DNA from: a bacterium
Lineage (GTDB): Bacteria; UBA8248
Assembly (NCBI GenBank): GCA_965207065.1
Contig: OZ242260.1
Span: 2,592,001-2,656,000 of the forward strand
Length of the DNA: 64,000 nucleotides
Direction: 5' to 3'
The translations under genes were made by a program, and so were the position numbers. Shown piece by piece: positions 59,320 through 64,000 of the stretch. The stretch's first letter is position 1. The number at the start of each line of letters is the position of its first letter. The notes beneath the pieces are model-generated. The model was not told the origin of the DNA. It ran no database searches and was given only the letters and a program-made list of their open reading frames with translations.

Positions 59320-59702
59320 TCGTCGACAGTTCGGCTCTGCTTGCCATTCTCTACCGTGAGCAGGACGCGGAACGCTACGAGAGGGCGATCGCCTCGGCCG
59401 CGCACCCCCGGATGTCGGTCGCCAACCTACTGGAAACTTCCATCGTCCTGGAAGGTCGCGGCGGTGAGTCGGCGGGCCATGAACTCGATTTGTTCCTGAG
59501 GGATGCCGAAATCGAATTGGCGCCCGTCACTGTCGAGCATCTGGAAGCGGCCCGGCGCGCCTGGCGGCGCTTCGGGAAGGGGAATCATCCGGCTTCGCTG
59601 AATTTCGGCGATTGCTTCGCCTATGCGCTCGCCGACCTCATGGACGAGCCGCTGCTGTTCAAGGGCGAGGACTTCGCCCAAACCGACATCGAGGCGGCTT
59701 GA
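59316..59702 (+). CDS. vapC: VapC PIN-domain toxin
   Basis: MIVDSSA, E, LNFGDCFAYA and LLFKGEDF. Confidence 0.93.
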   Translation: MIVDSSALLAILYREQDAERYERAIASAAHPRMSVANLLETSIVLEGRGGESAGHELDLFLRDAEIELAPVTVEHLEAARRAWRRFGKGNHPASLNFGDCFAYALADLMDEPLLFKGEDFAQTDIEAA

Positions 59703-59936
59703 GCGCAAAAAATCTGGAATGCGCCAAGGAGCAGATGATGAAGAGCGCGCTCATCACGATTTTTTCGGGATTGGCATCGTCCATCAGAGGCGTGGCGTGG
59801 ACGGCCCGGCAAGGAGAGGGAGCGACTCGACGTGCGTCAAGCAGCGGGGCAAATCGAAATCCCCGTTTGTTTAATGCCCATATCAGGTATTATCATTCCC
59901 ATTATGAGAAATTTAACGACAACACATCTCTCACGC

Positions 59937-60566
59937 ATGACTCGGCGTAAAGTATCCGGGTCCGACGCCGCATCTACCGGTCTTGCGGATGCCCTGTTCA
60001 CCACCACGCAGCAACGGCTCCTGGTGCTGCTGTTCGGCCAGCCCGGGCGGAGCTTTTTCGCGAGCGAGTTGATCCGCTTGACGGGGTCCGGTTCCGGCGC
60101 CGTGCAGCGTGAACTGAAGCGCTTCGCATCCAGCGGTCTGGTGAGCGTTACTTCCATCGGCAGGCAGAAGCATTACCAGGCCAATCCGGAATGTCCGGTG
60201 TTCGAGGAGATGAGCGGCATCGTACGCAAGACGCTCGCCCTGGCTCAACCTATCCGGCGGGCGCTGGAGCCGCTCGCCGGTCGCGTCGAACTCGCCCTGG
60301 TGTACGGGTCGGTCGTAGAGGGGAGCGATACGGCGGACAGCGACATCGACCTGCTCGTCGTCGCTGACGGCGTGATGCTGGAAGAGCTCTACGAGGCGCT
60401 CTCGCCGGTAGAGACCGGCCTTGCCCGGCGGATCAGCCCCACGCTTTATACGTCCCTTGAATACGATGAACGCAGAGCCGCCGGAAACCCTTTCGTGACG
60501 AACGTGCTGGCCGGTGAGCACATCATCCTCATCGGAGAGGAAGATGACGCACCCGCAACTCGATAA
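59937..60566 (+). CDS. HTH-fused minimal nucleotidyltransferase (MNT antitoxin-like)
   Basis: N-terminal wHTH (ASELIRLTGSGSGAVQREL) and YGSVVEGSDTADSDIDLLVV (GSx10DxD). The start could be further upstream. Confidence 0.85.
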   Translation: MTRRKVSGSDAASTGLADALFTTTQQRLLVLLFGQPGRSFFASELIRLTGSGSGAVQRELKRFASSGLVSVTSIGRQKHYQANPECPVFEEMSGIVRKTLALAQPIRRALEPLAGRVELALVYGSVVEGSDTADSDIDLLVVADGVMLEELYEALSPVETGLARRISPTLYTSLEYDERRAAGNPFVTNVLAGEHIILIGEEDDAPATR

Positions 60567-60963
60567 TCTGGTGCGCATCAGCAGGCTCAAGAGCGAGCCG
60601 GCTGCCGATGAGGAAATCGAGGGCCTGGTCCGCTCGGGGGTTCGCCGCCTGAGCGATGCCGAGCGCGAAGATCTGAGCCTGGAGAGCCGATTCGATCTGG
60701 CCTATAACGCCGCCCATTCGCTGGCGATTGCCGCATTGCGCATTCGGGGCTACCGTTCCGATTCGCGCTATCTGGTTTTTCAATGCCTCCAGCACACCGT
60801 CGATTTGCCGCAGGCTCAGTGGCGCGTGCTGGACAACGTCCACCGCAAGCGCAACCTCGCCGAGTATGAGTGCGCCTTGGACGTGGGTGAGGAACTCATC
60901 GCCGCATTGTTGCGGGTGGCGCGGGAAGTGGAGAAGCGCGTGCGCGACGGGATGATGTCTTGA
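60544..60963 (+). CDS. HEPN-like protein partnered with the MNT
   Basis: AYNAAH…GYR and RKRNLAEY (RxxxxY variant); overlaps the MNT gene. Confidence 0.75.
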   Translation: MTHPQLDNLVRISRLKSEPAADEEIEGLVRSGVRRLSDAEREDLSLESRFDLAYNAAHSLAIAALRIRGYRSDSRYLVFQCLQHTVDLPQAQWRVLDNVHRKRNLAEYECALDVGEELIAALLRVAREVEKRVRDGMMS

Positions 60964-61097
60964 ACTGGAACCGTTTCTGGATGGCTTTGGAAAATCCTGC
61001 CCCTTCTTCTCTTTCGGCTTATGATGAAGTTTAGAGGAACCGAAGGCGGAGCAAGCGCCCGTGGTGTGTTAGGATTTATCTGGTCGAACTTCATCGT

Positions 61098-62045
61098 ATG
61101 TGGAGGGACGGGTTCTTGAACCGCGTCGTATCGCTTCTGCCGAGCAGCACGGAGATCATTCACGCCCTGGGGTGCGGCGAGCGCATCGTGGGCCGCTCGC
61201 ACGAGTGCGACTATCCCGCCGGAATCACGGCGCTGCCTCCCTGCACCGCGCCCAAGTTCGACACGAACGGCACGAGCCGCGAGATAGACGAGCGCGTGAA
61301 GGCGGTGCTGCAAGATGCCGTCTCGGTCTACAGCGTCGATACCGCTTTGCTCGACGAACTGGCGCCGGATCTGGTGGTCACGCAGTCACAGTGCGAACTC
61401 TGCGCGGTGAGCCTGGCGGACGTTCAGGCGGCGGTCCAGAAACTGGTGCGCTCCAGGCCTGAGGTTCTCTCACTCGAACCGAATGAACTAAAAGACGTCT
61501 GGCGAGATATCGCCTCGGTTGCTAAGGCGCTGGGAGTCAGCGAGAGCGGCGATGAGCTTCTTTCGGATTTGCATGAGCGGCTCGACGCCATTGCCGGGCG
61601 TGCACGTGAGATAGGCCGCAGGCCGCGAGTGGCCTGCATCGAGTGGTACGATCCGCTCATGGCGGCGGGCAACTGGGTGCCCGAACTCGTGGAGATCGCG
61701 GGCGGTGAGGACGTTCTGGGCGTCCGAGGCGAACACTCCGCCTGGCTCGAATGGGAGGCGCTGGAAGAGGCCAAGCCCGAGGCGGTCGTGCTCATGCCGT
61801 GTGGCTTCGACATCGCGCGTTCGCGCCGCGAGTTGGCAGCGCTCACCGGAAGGCCGGAGTGGATGCGCCTGGAAGCCGTGCAACGGGGAGCAGTGTTCGT
61901 CACGGACGGCAATCAGTTCTTCAACCGACCGGGGCCGAGGCTGGTCGAATCCGCCGAGATACTGGCGGAGATTCTCCATCCCGACGCCATCTCCTTCGGC
62001 CACGAGGGCGCGGGCTGGGAGCGTCTTGAAGCGGATGCGGCCTGA
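61098..62045 (+). CDS. BtuF-like cobalamin/Fe-siderophore-binding protein lacking a signal peptide
   Basis: RVVSLLPSSTEI, GRSHECDYP, EWYDP…GNWVPE and FNRPGPRLV. Confidence 0.85.
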   Translation: MWRDGFLNRVVSLLPSSTEIIHALGCGERIVGRSHECDYPAGITALPPCTAPKFDTNGTSREIDERVKAVLQDAVSVYSVDTALLDELAPDLVVTQSQCELCAVSLADVQAAVQKLVRSRPEVLSLEPNELKDVWRDIASVAKALGVSESGDELLSDLHERLDAIAGRAREIGRRPRVACIEWYDPLMAAGNWVPELVEIAGGEDVLGVRGEHSAWLEWEALEEAKPEAVVLMPCGFDIARSRRELAALTGRPEWMRLEAVQRGAVFVTDGNQFFNRPGPRLVESAEILAEILHPDAISFGHEGAGWERLEADAA

Positions 62046-62084
62046 TAGGCGCAAAGATGCCGTTTCCCGGACACCCTAACCATC

Positions 62085-62912
62085 ATGAACGAGAATAACT
62101 GGTCGACTCTCCATGAGCGCGCCTGCCGCGATGGGGAGGAGTTCTACGTCGACCCCGGGACGGGCTGGCGCGTTTTCACCGAGGTCGGTCTTCGCAATCG
62201 CGGGAGTTGCTGCGGCAGCGGCTGCCGCCACTGTCCCTATGCGCATGAAGCTGTCCCGGTGGAGGAACGCCCCCGCCTCGCCCGCCAGTCCACCTGGATG
62301 AGCGGCGTCCATCCTCCCACCGAACCCGCCGACGTGCTCTTCTGGAGCGGCGGGAAGGACAGCTTTCTCACCTACCGGGCCTTGCAGCGCGAAGGCCGAA
62401 GGTCAATTGTTCTGCTCACCACCTTCGACGCGGCGAGCCGCAAGATCGCGCACCAGGAACTCGACGTCGAACTGGTGGCGCGACAAGCCGGGCACATGGG
62501 AGTCCCGCTGCTGGGCGTGCCCCTCCATCCGGGAGAGGCGTATGAGGTCCGCATTGGCGAGGCGGCCCGCATGATTCCGCGCATTGCCCGCTTCGTCTTC
62601 GGCGACCTGCACCTCGAGCACATTCGCGATTGGCGCGTGGAGGCATTCCGGGAACTGGCCGATCATCTAGGCGCATCGCTCCACTTCCCGCTTTGGGGCG
62701 CGCCGTATGAGGCGCTGATAAACGATTTAGAGGCAAGCGGCGCCGTCTGCGAAGTATCAGCGGTGACGGAAGAAGCCCTGGGCGTCGTGCGCGTTGGACA
62801 GCGCTTCGACCGCGCGATGATGACGCGCCTGCCGGAGCGCATCGACCGGTTCGGGGAAAACGGGGAGTTTCACACCCTCGTCAAACTCTGGGCGGGGGAT
62901 GAGAGAGCTTAA
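62085..62912 (+). CDS. Cys-rich DUF5522-like domain fused to a PP-loop ATP pyrophosphatase (diphthine-ammonia ligase-like)
   Basis: YVDPGTG…FT…RGSCCGSGCRHCPY, then WSGGKDS, FGDLHL and GENGEFHT. Confidence 0.8.
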   Translation: MNENNWSTLHERACRDGEEFYVDPGTGWRVFTEVGLRNRGSCCGSGCRHCPYAHEAVPVEERPRLARQSTWMSGVHPPTEPADVLFWSGGKDSFLTYRALQREGRRSIVLLTTFDAASRKIAHQELDVELVARQAGHMGVPLLGVPLHPGEAYEVRIGEAARMIPRIARFVFGDLHLEHIRDWRVEAFRELADHLGASLHFPLWGAPYEALINDLEASGAVCEVSAVTEEALGVVRVGQRFDRAMMTRLPERIDRFGENGEFHTLVKLWAGDERA

Positions 62913-62914
62913 GG

Positions 62915-63253
62915 CTAAGACTCCGGTAGTGCGAGCTGTTCGAGTTGGGAAATAAGTTGGGGGATGTCCTGTTGCACTGTTTCCCAAACGATATCCATAT
63001 CGATATCATCGTAGGCATGGATCATTCGATTACGCATACCCCGAATCTCGTTCCACGGAATTTCAGAGTTTTCATCTCGAAATGCAGATGAGATGCGCCC
63101 CGCCGCCTCACCGATAATTTCTATGCGGCGAACGACGGAATCTTGTAATTTCGTGTCGCGGAGGAATTCGTGTTGCATGACGCCTTCGACATAGGTTCGT
63201 GCCATCCGTGCTGAAGCTAGGATATCCAGCAAATACTGAACGTCACGATCCAT
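62915..63253 (-). CDS. hepT: DUF86/HepT HEPN toxin
   Basis: RRIEIIGEAA, IPW and RNRMIHAY (Rx4HxY). Confidence 0.88.
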   Translation of the reverse strand: MDRDVQYLLDILASARMARTYVEGVMQHEFLRDTKLQDSVVRRIEIIGEAAGRISSAFRDENSEIPWNEIRGMRNRMIHAYDDIDMDIVWETVQQDIPQLISQLEQLALPES

Positions 63254-63554
63254 AAACGAGTTCCGCAGATTCGAGAATCGCCTTCCGGCGGATATAATTG
63301 GGGCTTCTCTCTATGCCGCGTCGGCTGACAAGATCGACCTCGCGACCGAATATGGATTTAAGTTCATCTTCCATACGAACCATGTCGAAGAGCGTATGGC
63401 GTGCATTCTCATCGAAGCTGACGAGGAGGTCGACGTCGCTCTCGGGCCCGAAGTCTTCGCGCAACGCCGAGCCGAATACGGCGAGTTGCGTGACTTGCCA
63501 GCGTTCGCAAAAGGCGGCGATCTCTTCTCGCGATGCCTCGACGTTCAGGCGCAT
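63243..63554 (-). CDS. mntA: MntA-type nucleotidyltransferase antitoxin
   Basis: FGSALREDFGPESDVDLLV (GSx10DxD) and GREVDLV. Confidence 0.88.
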   Translation of the reverse strand: MRLNVEASREEIAAFCERWQVTQLAVFGSALREDFGPESDVDLLVSFDENARHTLFDMVRMEDELKSIFGREVDLVSRRGIERSPNYIRRKAILESAELVYGS

Positions 63555-63640
63555 GATGAAACTCCCTGGAAACGGAGATTTCGGACAATGCGCGTATTTT
63601 CTCACAAACAACGCCCCGCGTCTCGCCCTGAAACGGGACC

Positions 63641-64000
63641 TTACGGCCGCTCCCAGTCGGCGACTCCGCCGGGCGTTACGCGGAAGAGGGGATGGGGCAG
63701 GGGAGCATCCACCGCCAGATATTTCCCGTATCGCTCCGGCGCGCGGGATTCGAGCTTTTTCATCAGATGCCGCCATTCGAAGTCGAGCTGGCCGCTCGTT
63801 ACATCCAACTGAGCGGTAGTGCGGCTGCGGCCTATTTTCTCCGAGTCGAAACGATAACCCCGCTTTATGGATTCCGCGTATACGGCTCTCAGGTATTCGG
63901 CGATAAGGGTGGCAGGCCTGCCGCCTGCGCGGAAACGCTCCAGTTGGGGATGGCGGCGGTAGCCCTTCGTCTCGCCCGTCAGAACGGCCTGGGCGAGCAG
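63641..64000 (-). CDS. Pyrimidine dimer DNA glycosylase/endonuclease V family (partial; start lies beyond the window)
   Basis: Manual translation: LLAQAVLTGETKGYRRHPQLERF…RGYRFD…GQLDFEWRHL…HPLF…VADWER-stop. Not in the ORF track. Confidence 0.8.
   Translation of the reverse strand: MLAQAVLTGETKGYRRHPQLERFRAGGRPATLIAEYLRAVYAESIKRGYRFDSEKIGRSRTTAQLDVTSGQLDFEWRHLMKKLESRAPERYGKYLAVDAPLPHPLFRVTPGGVADWERP

Overview
High-GC bacterial chromosomal segment (64 kb). It is dominated by catabolic and scavenging enzymes: amidohydrolases, a CoA-transferase, two hydantoinase/oxoprolinase A+B pairs, M29 peptidases, a CocE-like hydrolase, an LLM monooxygenase, an acyl-CoA dehydrogenase, a ThDP enzyme, an amidase and a PLP aldolase. 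It also carries a tRNA-Val(TAC), a two-component system and a cluster of toxin-antitoxin modules at 59-63.5 kb. Highlights: (1) a tandem-domain rhodanese whose catalytic Cys codon is an in-frame TGA followed by a SECIS-like hairpin (probable selenoprotein, missed by the ORF track). (2) A DUF3800 (RNase H-like) gene next to tRNA-Val, preceded by a promoter, a short structured leader RNA and a terminator, an architecture resembling RNA-antitoxin defence systems. (3) A complete hcmB-hcl-meaH-hcmA 2-hydroxyisobutyryl-CoA mutase operon with the diagnostic Ile/Asp residues, bracketed by a diverged ~100 bp direct repeat. (4) An eroding surface-protein island at 1-10 kb with a duplicated 152 bp promoter carrying a CCCCCAAnnTTGGGGG palindrome. 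(5) Several deletion scars joining fragments of unrelated genes. (6) MITE-like and REP-like intergenic repeats nested inside each other. No CRISPR array or rRNA was seen. All family calls are from motif recognition by eye; no database searches were run.
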